Of a stretch of 64,000 bases of DNA, positions 12,353 to 25,455 are shown one piece after another (within the stretch, counting starts at the first letter, position 1; the number at the start of each line of letters is the position of its first letter). Source of the DNA: Octopus sinensis. Its lineage: Eukaryota. The DNA is taken from assembly GCF_006345805.1 (NCBI RefSeq), contig NC_043006.1:33790001-33854000 (forward strand), given 5' to 3'. The translations under genes were made by a program, and so were the position numbers. Under the pieces are notes generated by a model. It made no database searches. It saw only the letters and a program-made list of their open reading frames with translations, and was not told the DNA's origin.

Positions 12353-12892
12353 ACCTTCATTCCTTTATGGACCTTTTCAGTGCATTGGATCAGGCTTATC
12401 TTCAATTTCTGTTGATGTTAAGTGGATGAGAGACAAGTTTTCCCCTGGATAGTATGCCAGTCTATTGTAACCTTTAGCTATTAAGTCAGAAAAAGTATAG
12501 GTAATATTGAAAGTCATTAGTGAAGTTTATACTTCTGTTGATGGTACCTACATAAGACCAAACAGACTGGGTCATCAAGACTTAAGTGTTCACTCATGGA
12601 CACTGAACTATGCAGGTGACAAAGTATGAAAGGCTGTTTATGTGGCTTTGTTGTCCTATACATCCGTTGACTCAACCAACTTTGTTCTCATGTTTCATAA
12701 TAGATACATACATTCAGGTATTCAATATTGTGATTAATGCAAGTGTGCTGCAGGTTGATAAAATATCAGCTTATCTACCAGATTAAATGTTATATCTTGG
12801 ATATAAACAAACCATTGATACTTTGTCAATGGTTTGTTTATATCTAAAATACTTATTTTCAAATAGGTGTCCAGACTAACAGTCTTTCAAAT

Positions 12893-13245
12893 GGGATGGA
12901 AGCACTCCGTCGGTTACGACGACGAGGGTTCCGGTTGATCCAATCAACGGAACAGCCTGCTCGTGAAATTAACGTGTAAGTGGCTGAGCACTCCACAGAC
13001 ACATGTACCCTTAACGTAATTCTCGGGGATATTCAGCGTGACACAGAGAGTGATAAGGCCGGCCCTTTGAAATACAGGTACAACAGAAACAGGAAGTAAG
13101 AGTGAGAGAAAGTTGTGGTGAAAGAGTACAGCAGGGATCACCACCATCCCTGCCGGAGCCTCGTGGAGCGTTAGGTGTTTTCGCTCAATAAACACTCACA
13201 ACGACCGCGTGTCCGCTGCCCTAACCACTGTGCCATTGTGCCTCC
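12893..13245 (-). mobile_element. tRNA-derived SINE, family D, with 14-bp TSD
   Basis: TSD ACAGTCTTTCAAAT at 12879-12892 and 13246-13259; a near-identical body at 37775-38122. Confidence 0.9.
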
Positions 13246-13774
13246 ACAGTCTTTCAAATAGGTACCATGAGGAAGTACAATTCACCACTGTAAGCAGAAA
13301 ATGAGGAATACCATACAATTACTTTGTATGGATTGGACAGGAGGTCACAAATGTGTAAGGCAAAGCTATTATTGATTAAAATCAATAATTACTTCAAACC
13401 TGGTTCTTATTTATCTACTCTGGAGAGAAGAAAGACAGAATTCAAGATTTGGACTTTGCTCACTGAGTCAAGACAGACCTGTTTCATCTGCAATTTTACC
13501 ATTTCATCTACTCCTGCCAGACATATTTTGTCTTGGAAATAATAATGTTGCTTATGGGTAGAAAGTTCAAGATCCCTGTTGTTGCCAACTGCCAAGTCAA
13601 TCCTGATTGTCACAGACCTTTCATTGGAAGCATTCCACCTGAATGGTCATCTTTATCCATATTTATGTACCAGATTCTCCCACCAATACATTGGTGTATG
13701 TGTGTGTGCATAGTAATGCATAGTAATGCATAGTGTGCATGGTAATGCATAGTAATCAGAGTAACATTCACAAT

Positions 13775-13880
13775 TTTATTGAATTAAGTGCATATTTTAC
13801 CATGAGAGGAAAATGTTACTATCAATCTATTTTATTCAGGGTAGGCACTACCTTACCTTGCCTACCCAGGCAGCACGCCC

Positions 13881-13885
<5 letters not shown>
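13775..13885 (-). mobile_element. hAT-like element terminus (CAGGGGCGTGC...)
   Basis: GGAAAATGTTACTATCAATCTATTTTATTC...GTAGGCACT...CCCTG is shared with 60265-60340. Confidence 0.5.
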
Positions 13886-13921
<36 letters not shown>

Positions 13922-14164
13922 TCAACATCATTTTAGTAAGGGAAAAACTGAGGTGGGTGTTCCATGGTGCAGCAATTAGTTTGCTACAGCAAATCTGCAT
14001 TTGTGAGGGCAAGAGTGGAAAACCTCACTCTTACAGTTTAGGTAGCTACTCAAATGGAGAGAGATTTTTAGTATGATCCTTTTGTCAGCCAAGCAACACC
14101 TACTATTGTTAACATAAGGTTTACACTTTCCCAGTATTGTCTATTTGATGTCGTAATGTGCATC

Positions 14165-14200
<36 letters not shown>

Positions 14201-14636
14201 TATATAATTAGTTATTAATTAGCAGGAGGAAAATGACATATTCAGTTCAATGCTAGATGTTTCTAATTTCCCTTGATTTGCAGAACCTGAGGTTGAAGCA
14301 TGTGTGTTAGTTAGGCATCTTTTCCCAGTGTATTAGTGTCTCACATCTACTTAGAATCCAATGAAAACTGAGGACAAGCTCCAATGCACTGCAACACCTC
14401 TTATAAAGAGGCTGTCGATCAAACAGGAAAGAATATTGGATGCATAAATACTTGTGTATACACACACAGACACACACGCACACACACGTACATACATACA
14501 CATACATAGATATATATATATAAATATATACACGTACATAAATACATATATATACATACACAATATAAATACATATATATATTTATTTATATATATATAT
14601 ACATGAAATAAAAATAAACACTTTTTTCCCTGTTAC

Positions 14637-14690
14637 CTGAGAGCGGAATCTTTTAGGTGAAGAGATGCGTATAAATCTTGCAACTCCATC
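14637..14690 (-). CDS. Candidate 54-nt exon
   Basis: TTAAAG|GATGGAG...CTCTCAG|GTAACA. Two frames are open (DGVARFIRISSPKRFRSQ; MELQDLYASLHLKDSAL). The pyrimidine tract is displaced by an A-run. No homology recognised. Confidence 0.2.
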
Positions 14691-15934
14691 CTTTAATTTT
14701 TTTTTTAGATAAGAAATAAAAAAAAAGTGAAAAAAAAGAGAGAGAAAGAAAAGAAATGTGTTAGAAAATAAATCACAAGAAAAAAAGCAAAATAAAAGTA
14801 TCATTCATTTAAAAAAGTATCAATTGGGCAGGCAATGATTTCAGACCACAACACCACATATGAATATTTTTATACACTCTTTTGTAATGCTTCTTAGCAT
14901 TGGGATAAAAAAAAAACACAATTTAATATTCTTTCAATGAGGAAAAAATAATATAAATTTTGAATGCGTCCATGATGTTTTGGTATATATGATCTGAGTA
15001 GTTTGTTTTCTGTATTATATGCCCCTAGGAAAGTAATATACAATTATTATATAATGCTAACTATTCATATTGATGTAAAATGTATATATATACATTAATT
15101 TAGAATGGTGAAATTAATAATAGGATATTGAAAAATTATGAAATAGACATAATCATAAGGAAATCACATGGAAAATACATATGTGTATTCACGTCTTTTA
15201 CAACCTGATTTTATGATTATAAACACACATACACATACGTACACAGAAAAAGACATAAGGAGTAGTGCATATTGTATTGGCATATACACTTTTAATGAAT
15301 ATATGTATATGTAATTTTCCCTTTTATTGCCAATGAATGTGAATATATATACATAGATGTACACACACTCACGTGTTATATAACCTCAGTACAGTATCCA
15401 GCCTTGCGTGTGTTTACCAATTCTCAAGAACATAAATGCAATCACATGAATTCAATAAATATAAATTGCTTTAACAAGATGCCAGCAAAGTTCTTCAGTT
15501 GGTTTGGTAATGCTGGTTCTTTCAGAACTGTTGTGTCCAACTAATTTCAACCAAAATGGTCGAAACTGAGTTTTATTAAAATTCACATACATATGAAAAA
15601 AACAAACAAACAAAAAAAAAACAACTACACACAAAAAACAAAACAAAGATATATAGAGCCTGAAAGTCATATAAGTCTATGGTTTGTACCTTGAAGAGAT
15701 GTACGCTACATGAAATTTCAGCTGCCTTGGGGGTGGGGCCGAGATTGCATATGTGTACACATTTACATACAATCACTTTTGTAAATAACAATGGGAATTT
15801 CCAAATATTCTTATATCAGTCACTGGCTGAATTGCCTCTGAGGTTTGTATATTTATGTATCTTATCCCCGCTTCGCACCCATTCCCTCTGTTTTACTCAT
15901 TTGTACCTTAAAGGTCCACCCTGACACTTGATTG

Positions 15935-16229
15935 CAGTGGTGGACTGGGTCTAACAATATTGGTTGCCAGGAGACTAAGGGGGCCCACCTACAACTACAA
16001 TGCTATCATTTAATTTTTTTTTCTTTGTTAAAAGTATTCTTTCCAACTGTCTACAAACACAGCCAAACTGAAATAATTAATGTGTGTTCTTCCAGAAGTG
16101 AATAAAAAATTCTCAGACTTGAAGGGATGGGCCCCTTAGATACTAACATGTGCCCCCATATATGGATTATAATGGCACAAGAGCCCAACTTCCATCGGGC
16201 AAGTTGGCAACCTGGGCAGTCCACCACTG
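15935..16229. mobile_element. hAT-type MITE (295 bp)
   Basis: 13-bp TIRs CAGTGGTGGACTG/CAGTCCACCACTG and a perfect 8-bp TSD CTTGATTG (15927-15934, 16230-16237). Confidence 0.92.
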
Positions 16230-17480
16230 CTTGATTGCCATTATATTTTCTATTGATCTCAAGCCCTTCTTGACCATTCCCACCCAGGTATAAAAAACTG
16301 ATGTTAAGATGGAAATATGTGTGTGTGTGTGTGTGTGTATGTGTGTGTGTGTGTGTGAATGTATTTATGTGAATGCGTTCATATTCTTGTCTTCATACAT
16401 GTTCACTGACTGTAAACAATGGTCTTGCTATGTCCTTTACCTTTACAGTCCAGAATGAAAGCACGTCCATGACATGTCTTGATACACGCTTCTTGGTGTA
16501 TCGAGACATGTCACGTGATCTTTGTAAACAAAAGACTCATTCAGGTGTTGTTTACATCCAATTCTCCACATAGCCGTGACTGAACCTGTTATTGTTCTGT
16601 AGACTAAGGGATTATTATCATGCTTGGAAGCAGGTGAGGACTGGCATCAGGTGCCTCGTTATAGAACTCTGCTCCACTGTAATCTCATCTGAGACCAATG
16701 AAAGCATGGAAAACACTTAAGATGATTACACAACTCCTGCTCTTCAGTAAATTCTTTAATTTGATGTTATTCTCCATTCTTGTCTAATGCCTTATTGTGA
16801 GCCATTGGTGTATTGAGTTCTAACCGCAGGTTGTTAGTATTGCTATGTCAAAGTGAAATCTTAATATACATACATACATACATACACACATACACATCAC
16901 CCACCCACACACACATTCCCACACAAACACTGACATTATATACATACATAATACACACACAGACATACAAAAAAAAACATACACACATGTATATACATAC
17001 ATGTTTGTATAAACACATGCACGCATACATACACAGCACATACGTACATCAACATGTGTTCCTGTATTACAATCAACTCTGTAACCATGGGGTCAAATTT
17101 CTTTAAATAGACTTTTATTGTGAAGTTACATGATGCAATGCTGCTTATATGATATATTAACCTTTTCTTTTTAAAGGTTACCAGCATTGAATAATTTCCA
17201 TCTGCCCCAGTAGCAGCAGCAGCAGCACCACCACCACTCCCGCCACCACTGCCACCACCACCACCAACACCTCCACCATTACTAATGTCAAGGTCAGCAC
17301 AACTTCTGTTACAATCTCTCTCTATTTTATCTCTGTTTTCCACCCCTGGTCTCCAAAGTACCCCTCCGCCTCACTGATGGGACCCCAAACTTCAACAACA
17401 TTCCAATGGTAAACACTACACCAAACATCATTAACAACCAATGCGACTCACCACACCTGTTGCCAGCAACCCCACTCCAC

Positions 17481-17519
<39 letters not shown>

Positions 17520-17917
17520 ACAACTACTACTACCACCCTTTGAAGCACTATATATATATACTTATTATATTATATTAAACTTTTTAATACTTTTTGATAG
17601 TTATAAAAAAAAAATTAAAAAATTAAAAAAATTAAAAGTTTAAAAATTTAAAAATTAAAAATTTAAAAGATATAAAAATATAAAAATTTATAAATATAAA
17701 TTAAAGTTTTTAAATTTAAATAATTTAAATTTTAAATTTTATATTTTATATATTTTGTATATTATATTAATTATATTATTTTTATGTTTTGATTTATGTT
17801 TTTCACTGTTTGATTTGCCTAATAGTGGTTTTATCTCTAATTTAATTTCTATTTATACTGTGAAATTTGATTTAATCCTAAATCTAATTTTCCCTGTAAG
17901 TTTGGATTTCTCCCTAA

Positions 17918-18075
<158 letters not shown>

Positions 18076-18089
18076 ACTGAAAAAACTTG

Positions 18090-18329
18090 ACTCCGTCGGT
18101 CATGAATGACCATAGGTGCATCTAAGAGATTCCTTTCCGGGGTACAAGTCTGGGTGAAAAGTCACCTCACCAGTGACGTCACGACTCATTTCTACAGCTG
18201 AGTGAACTGGAGCAACGTGAAATAAAGTGTCTTGCTCAAGAATACAACATGCAGTCCAGTCTGGGAATTGAACTCACAACCTCACGATTGTAAGCTCAGT
18301 GCTCTAATCACTGAGTTATGTGCCTTCAC
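18090..18329 (-). mobile_element. tRNA-derived SINE, family D
   Basis: Head GTGAAGGCACATAACTCAGTGATTAGAGC and body TTCTTGAGCAAGACACTTTATTTCACGTTGCTCCAGTTCACTCAGCTG, as in 33044-33395. Confidence 0.8.
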
Positions 18330-18346
18330 TATATATATATATATAT

Positions 18347-18500
18347 AGGCACAGGAGTGGTAAGAAGCTTGCTTCCCAACCACATGGTTCTGGGTTCAGT
18401 CCCACTGTGTGGCACCTTGGGTGTCTTCTACTATAGCCTCAGGCTAACCAAAGTCTTGTGAGTGGATTTGGTAGACAGAAACTGAAAGAAGCCTGTTGTA
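18347..18500 (+). mobile_element. CORE-like tRNA SINE, family B, followed by (CA)n
   Basis: GTGGTAAGAAGCTTGCTTCCCAACCACATGGTTCTGGGTTCAGTCCCACTG...CACCTTGG; many copies in the window. Confidence 0.8.
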
Positions 18501-18518
18501 TATACACACACACACACA

Positions 18519-18569
<51 letters not shown>

Positions 18570-18798
18570 GCACACACACACGCACACCAACAGAGGGACC
18601 TTCAACAATGCCTCCCCACTTCTTGTCAGAATCTCCCTGAGCACTATGTTAAGGGTAGGCATGTCTGTGGAATGCTCAGCCACTTGCATGTTTGTTTCAG
18701 GTGTGGGTTGTTCCATTGACAGGATCAACCGGAATTCTTGTGGTCGTGACTCACAGACTCTGCCAATTATTAAGATAACCAGGAGAAGCTCTAGAATA

Positions 18799-19096
18799 TG
18801 TGGTCTGTGCCAGTGCCACATGAAAGGCATCCGTGCCAGTGACACCAGTGACACATAAAAGATACCTGTGCTGGTGAAATATAAAGAGTACCCATGCCTG
18901 TGATAGGCAGAAGGCATATGTGCCAGTGGCACATAAAAGACAATCAGTACACTCTGTGTGGTGGTCAGTGTTAGGAAGGGCATCCAGCCATTGAAACCAA
19001 GCCAAATCATACTGGAGCCTGCTGTATTTCCTCCGGATTGCCAGTTCCAGTCAAACTGTCTAACCCATACCAGCATGGAAAACAGACGTTAAATGG

Positions 19097-19127
<31 letters not shown>

Positions 19128-19130
19128 AAT
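18799..19130 (+). mobile_element. RTE-LINE 3' UTR fragment
   Basis: GTGCCAGTGGCACATAAAA units, TTAGGAAGGGCATCCAGC, (GAT)n tail. Confidence 0.75.
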
Positions 19131-20605
19131 GAGGACTCAAAAATGAAAATCAGATTTTAAGAGTTCCTGTTGCTCAATGTATTTGTACCTTATCAACCTC
19201 TTCCCTGACGAGAACAGACCTACTTTTCTAGAATGAAAACTTCAAGGCAGAGTAAAAACTCATCATTATAATAAACTCATGGGAATGTGCTCAGTAGAAA
19301 TGATGAGTATTTAATTAGCATGCAAATTACAAGAATAGAATAAGATATAGAGGAAGATGCTTTGAAACAACAGTGATAAGAGTCGTAAAAACGTTCATAG
19401 AATTGCAAAGCTCTTCCAGTTGATATGTGTTGGAGGAAACCTTAATGTGCTTGCTTTAAATACTAAAAATATTAATCAAATCTCACTCATATTACAAATT
19501 ACTGTTTTGAAAATAGAAAATGTAGTCTAAGATACACCAAATCTAATGACGAAATAAGTGAAAAAGAAAATGATGGAATGACCATAGGTGGAAATGTCTC
19601 TAATCACGGGTCTGCTTGAACGGAGCTGATCTATGGCACAGCAACCCAACACCAAAACCAATCTGTTAAATGACGTTTTTATTTACAGTTCGCTAAATTT
19701 GTCTTTTAAGAGGGATGTTTTCAATAGCTATTTAAACAGCAGATGGTAGAAAGAGGTGGGAAGCGATAAGATACCCAGCAGCAGGAGGCAGACAAACAAA
19801 CCAGGATATTTGCCAAAAATAATATTCAAGGAATTAAACTTTATTTACTAAACTACTTCCTTATATCTTTTTACTGTCAATAAAATCCTCCTCCACGTTG
19901 TCATCATCACCATCATCACCACCACCACCACCACCACCACCACCACCACCACCACCTTCTTCTTCCTCTCTCTCACCCCTCTCTATCACCTCACTCTCTC
20001 TACCTACACATAAACTCAATATTTGTTTGTAGTTATATGAAAATAATTGAAATGGGAGAGATTTACCAGGGGACACTTGCTGCATGAAAAACAAACAGTA
20101 AAGTGGGTGCTAATATTCTTAAATAATGAGCTAAAGTATTATAATTACCGTATTTGATGGTGTAAAAGCCACAGGGACATATTACATATAACCCAAATTA
20201 AACACACATTCAAGACAAAAAATGGTTTTAGTGCATTGAAGCATGTAATGTAGACACAACTTGGCAAATAGGACATGGGGTGACATTTTGGAGAAAATGT
20301 TTGGGGAAAAAATGCATTTTATATGCCATAAAATATGATATTTAAAATTATATTAATGACCTGGCTATAATTTCTATTTCTATAGAAAATTATATCCACA
20401 GGAACGAGAGAAAGAGAATGAGAACCTATAATTCTTGGATCACTCCATTGTTTGGAGCCAATTTTGTCTTCATGCTTAAATAGTTCAGGTACAAGCTGTC
20501 TCTCATTATCATACAAGGCAAGAGAAACATTATTATTCACACACACACACTCACGCATATGCACACACACACACACACATCATTAATATAATACAATATT
20601 ATGAT

Positions 20606-20893
20606 CTCATAGCCAAATTAGCAGTTGGTTTCATACCAGAGATTGAGAATGAATTCCAGTAATCATCAGAAATGGCTGAAAGGAATAGTATGGCATAGAC
20701 TCCTTGTCACTGAACCCCTGAACCATGGTTTGTGAGTCTTACAGTGTTTGTGGGTCTTACTGGATGTGACACTTTCAGGGCACCCGTGACAAAGGGTCTC
20801 TGCCAAACTATTTCTTTTGTTCATTTCTGATGATTGCTGGAGTCGGTTCTCAAGCTCTGGTATGAAACCAATCAGCAATTTGATTATTATGAG
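20606..20893. repeat. Inverted repeat (arms about 105 bp) carrying a decayed hammerhead-like core in each arm
   Basis: Arms 20606-20712 and 20785-20893. CTGATGA 20827-20833, stem II TTGCTGGAG/CTCTGGTAT, GAAAC 20864-20868 on +; mirror copy on - at about 20615-20670. Confidence 0.75.
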
Positions 20894-20987
20894 ACAATAG
20901 TATTTTATTTTATTAATTATAATATACCCACTCTATTAACATGCCTGTTTTATTGGATTCATGGATTTTTAGACAAATATCATCATT

Positions 20988-21027
<40 letters not shown>

Positions 21028-21774
21028 CATCATCAGCAGCAGTAGCAGCAGCAGCAGTAGCAGCAGCAGTAGCAGCAGCAGCAACATCACCATCGCAACA
21101 ACAACAACATTCCCCCTAATTGGGACATTGTTCTATCTCAGGGACACCCATTTATAGACTGAATGGACTGGAGCAATATAAAATGAAGTGTTTTGCTCAA
21201 GAACACAATGCACCACCATGACTAGAAGCCAAAACCACAATCTTGCAACCACAACTGCAACACCCTAACCAATAGACCACCCACCTTCAATCTTCATTCT
21301 GCTAATCCGTTATTCTACTAATTCCTCATTCTGCTAATCTCTCATCCTTTCTTTTGAAATATATAGTTAAAAGAAATGTCATCTGCAAACCCCATGCAAT
21401 ATCACCGTATTGTATTAATTCCCTTTGTTGCTATTTGTTGTTTAGCCCCTTATCAAACAAATGAATGAGTTGTTCCAGTTATGACAGCCCCACCTTTTTG
21501 TATGTCTTCAATTACATTGTTAAATTTCTTCCAAAAACTCAAATTTTCATTTGAATATTCCCCCACCCTCAAAAGTGCCTTTGATGTTTAACTTGCTGAT
21601 GACAAAAATTCAAAAAATCGAATTCATGTTTTTGGAGAAATTAATAATAATGAAGTTACAGAAATTTCTCTTTCATTCTTTCTTTTTCTTTTACCTTTTC
21701 CTTCTCTTTTTGTTTTTCTTTTCTCTTGTTTGTGTTTTTTTTTTTTTGGTTTCGGATTTGCATTTTAATATGGT

Positions 21775-22232
21775 TTTGTTGTGCCAGCTGACTGGTCCTG
21801 TGCTGGTAACACGTAAAAAGCACCATCTAGTGCTGCCTGACTGGTCCTGAGCCAGTGGTATGTAAAACGCACCATTCGAGTGTGGTCATTGCCAGTGCCA
21901 GGTGACTGGTCCTGTGCTGGTGGCACGTAAAAAGCACCATTTGAGCGTGGTCGCTGCCAGTGCTGCCTGACTGGCTTCCATGCTGGTGGCACATACAGTG
22001 CACCATTCAAGTGTGGTCAATGCCAGTACCACCTGACTGGCCTCGTGCCAATGGCACATAAAAAGCACCCACTACACTCTCGGAGTGGTTGGTGTTAGGA
22101 AGAGCATCCAGTTATATAAATTTTGCCAGATCAAATTGGAGTCTGGTGCAGCCTTCTGCCTTTCCAGTCACCAGTCAAATCATCCAACCCATGCCAACAT
22201 GGAAAGCAGACGTTAAACGACGATGATGATGA
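21775..22232 (+). mobile_element. RTE-LINE 3' UTR fragment with internally repeated units of about 65 bp
   Basis: Repeated CTGACTGGTCCTGTGCTGGTGGCACGTAAAAAGCACCATT units, then the standard tail. Confidence 0.8.
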
Positions 22233-22682
22233 TTAAATATGTATCATATATGTATGTGTTATATGTGTAATAAAAGTTTGTAATTAAAAAAATATAGTCA
22301 TTTTCTTTATCCATTTGTCAATATCGGAATCTTGTTTGCTGCAGTTCTATGTAGCAAACATTTTTCAATCGAAATAAATACTGACCCTTCTTTTAAAATA
22401 ATTGTATTCAATGGTTTATTATTATTTTAATCAACTCCTTTCATAATAGTGTTCATAGTTAATAGTTACAAAGAAATACTATCTTTTACCTGTGTCAGTC
22501 ATTGGACAATAGCCATGCTGAGGAAAAGCTTTGAAGGGTTTTAGTTGAACAAATCCATCTCAGTAAATATTTTTTCCATATTGGTACTTATCCTATCAGT
22601 CTCTATTATCGAACTGCTAAGTTACCAGAACGTAAACAAATCCACAATGATTGTCAGACGGTAGAGAGGTGTGTGTGGACAA

Positions 22683-22709
22683 TCACGTACGCACGCGCGC
22701 GCGTTAGCA

Positions 22710-22745
<36 letters not shown>

Positions 22746-25420
22746 AACGCTTGCGCGCGCGCGATGGGCTTCTGCACAATTTCGTGGAGTAACTAAGATT
22801 CGAACTTGGAATCAAGACGTTACAGTATAGATATAAGTCAGAGTTTTAATGAAAGAAAAGAAAATTATAATCTAAATAAGTGAAGTCGCAAAGTAACTGT
22901 AATTTAGCAATTTATATTTTACACATGCAAAATAATATTATTTTTCCCATATAAAATATGAATCTAATCTTAGTATTAGCAAGCAAAAGCAGGTTCAAAG
23001 AGCTGAGTTAAATCAATAAATTCTTATTCTGTCGTTGATTTACAAAAATTAAAAATCCCCACCTTGTTCCAATTTACGCAAATTACGCAAAATAATACAA
23101 TATAATAAACAGGCAAAGTATTAGCACGATTCGAAATGTTTTCAAGGGACATAACAAAAGATTATCAAAATATGAGTTAACTCCCCTCGATAGACTTTTA
23201 GAATTTTCATTGTTTTTTTTGTTTTTTTTTTCCTTACTAATGAATGCCTGACTGGTTTTTAAACTGATAAGTACCAGTTATATCTCACGAAACATTTTTC
23301 TCCACCACCCTTTATTTACGAGGAGAAGGAATAGAGTTTGTATCCATATTCTTTCCTCGCTATGGTGTCGCACAATAATTTGTCTGCCTCGATGCAAACG
23401 TTGCAACCCGCCTCCACATCTGAGAAACAACGCTTTTAACCAGTCTCTGAGTAATTAACGATACTCTTTCTTCTGAAAAGAATTTACAGTCGTATCTCAT
23501 TCAGAAGAATATTAAAACAAGTAAATTGTTATTTTAGCCGCAACAATCTAAGCGCTACCAATTTCTTCCGCAAAATCGAGTCAACTGCGGCCCGGCTGAA
23601 GCATGAGCCCTTCGGGAAGAAGTGGATATTGCAATGGGTGTTGCTGGCCATTCTCCACAGCAACACCATTGCAATTCCGTTCTAGAGGCACAGCTAAAAA
23701 CACCCTTTGTTCTGGGGTGTACAACTCGCTACTCTCTCCCACCCCCATCTTCTGCTGCTTACTCCCCACCCACCCCTTTTTTTCTCTTTTTCTTTGCTTC
23801 CTTTGTGAGGTATTTATGTTTTTCTCCTCTCTGGATAATTTGACCGTTTATACTTTTAATAATTTTTACTTTCTTTTCTTCCAGTAAAAATATGTTGTTA
23901 AAAAACAAACAAACACGCAGCTTAGTTCTCAATTGAATCATAAATTCTGAATATATATATCCAGACCCAAATGAACAACAGTGGTCGGTGTTAGTTCTGT
24001 CGTTTTACCATTTATCTATGTCACTTATAAACTAATAATATGTGACAATGAGGTCTCAATGGGTATTTCGATCTGCAAGAAATGGCAGTCAAATATCCTC
24101 AAATCGTATTCGTGAAATATCGAGGTAATCGTACCTAAAACATTCACACCAACCTCCGCAATACAAATGATTGGTTTTTAATTAAATTATAACTCATTAT
24201 TAAAGAGATGAGATTGAAAAGTACGAGACAAAATGCATTGTAGTTTACACCATAAAGATTTAGTGACTTGGAGAGAACGCGAAAGAATTCGTTTTTAATG
24301 GTCGAACTTAAATCTATAGATAACAGCGGGTAAATATCAAGTTAAAATTTTAGATGGTGGTAAGAACAAAGATTCTGAGATGGATACAGAAACTCTTAAG
24401 ATTGGCTTTGGTCCAAAGGCAGAACATTTTGTGGTATTTAGTTACATCCCGTTTCCTGCAGGAGTTAAGTTTTTATTTTATACCGTATTATCGAAAGATC
24501 GAAAGATGAAAAAAAAAAAAAAACAACCCCAAAACTACCAATAATATATAGAGTCGATTAAATCGATCACATCGAATCTCACTCAGATTCCTTGGCTTTG
24601 TACTATTCTTGTCTTCCCCTACCATTTTTTTTCTTTTCGCATTTTCGCGTCAGGAGTTCGGGCCCGATCCCTTTCAATAATGTTATTTATTCGTCGAGGC
24701 CTTTTAAATACAAGCAGAAATCTATGGATAAAAGTTATTTTCTTTAACCTGTAAAATATGAAGACATCATGGAGACTGAGATGTATGAGTTGTCCCAACC
24801 AAATGGGATAGTAGTCTAGTAGTCTATTCAAGTGAAAAATACTCGACCTGCTAAAAATAGCAATCAAATTTATCTTCCCCAACTCGCAGCTTACCGACTA
24901 TTTAGACAATTTCAGTATATATCAGAATACATTGGATAATTTGGAGTATGCTATGCTTATAAGAAAGCGACTAAAATAGTCTCGACTAGAATGTTTTAAT
25001 CATAAATCTACTTACTTAGGGCCAATTAGGGATTAAACACGAAATTCATTAACAATTTGTGTCCCACTTATAAATGTAATTTTCAGCAACTACAAGCGAG
25101 ATAACTCTATTCTAACCTAAACAATTGTAATTCGCTTTGACTTATTTCCCTTTGCGGTCTATTATTTATTTTAAGTCTGCTTTCCACTCGTTTTTTCTTT
25201 CCCATTCTCGTCAGAATCTCCGCAAATCTATGAAACCTACTCATCAAGTCTGGTTAATTTCCTACTGGCCTTGGGAACAATAACTACTTTATCTGTCGCC
25301 GTCGTCTGCCATTTTTGGCGTTCGTATTTGTCTTACTTAGACTGGTGGAAAAGTGGTGGTTTTGTGATGTTTTGTATGCTCTCATAGTTTTGTGTGTAGT
25401 TATGTGAGAAAACACACACG

Positions 25421-25455
<35 letters not shown>

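Noticed and set aside
16936-17548. Gly/Ala/Ser-rich ORFs resembling a transcription-factor low-complexity region
   Set aside because: Cryptic trinucleotide repeat. An in-frame stop lies upstream with no usable acceptor, and all plus-strand frames after the strong acceptor at 17177 close quickly.
21775-22080. Regularly spaced repeats resembling a CRISPR array
   Set aside because: The spacers are themselves homologous, the units belong to the RTE-LINE 3' UTR, and the context is eukaryotic with no cas genes.
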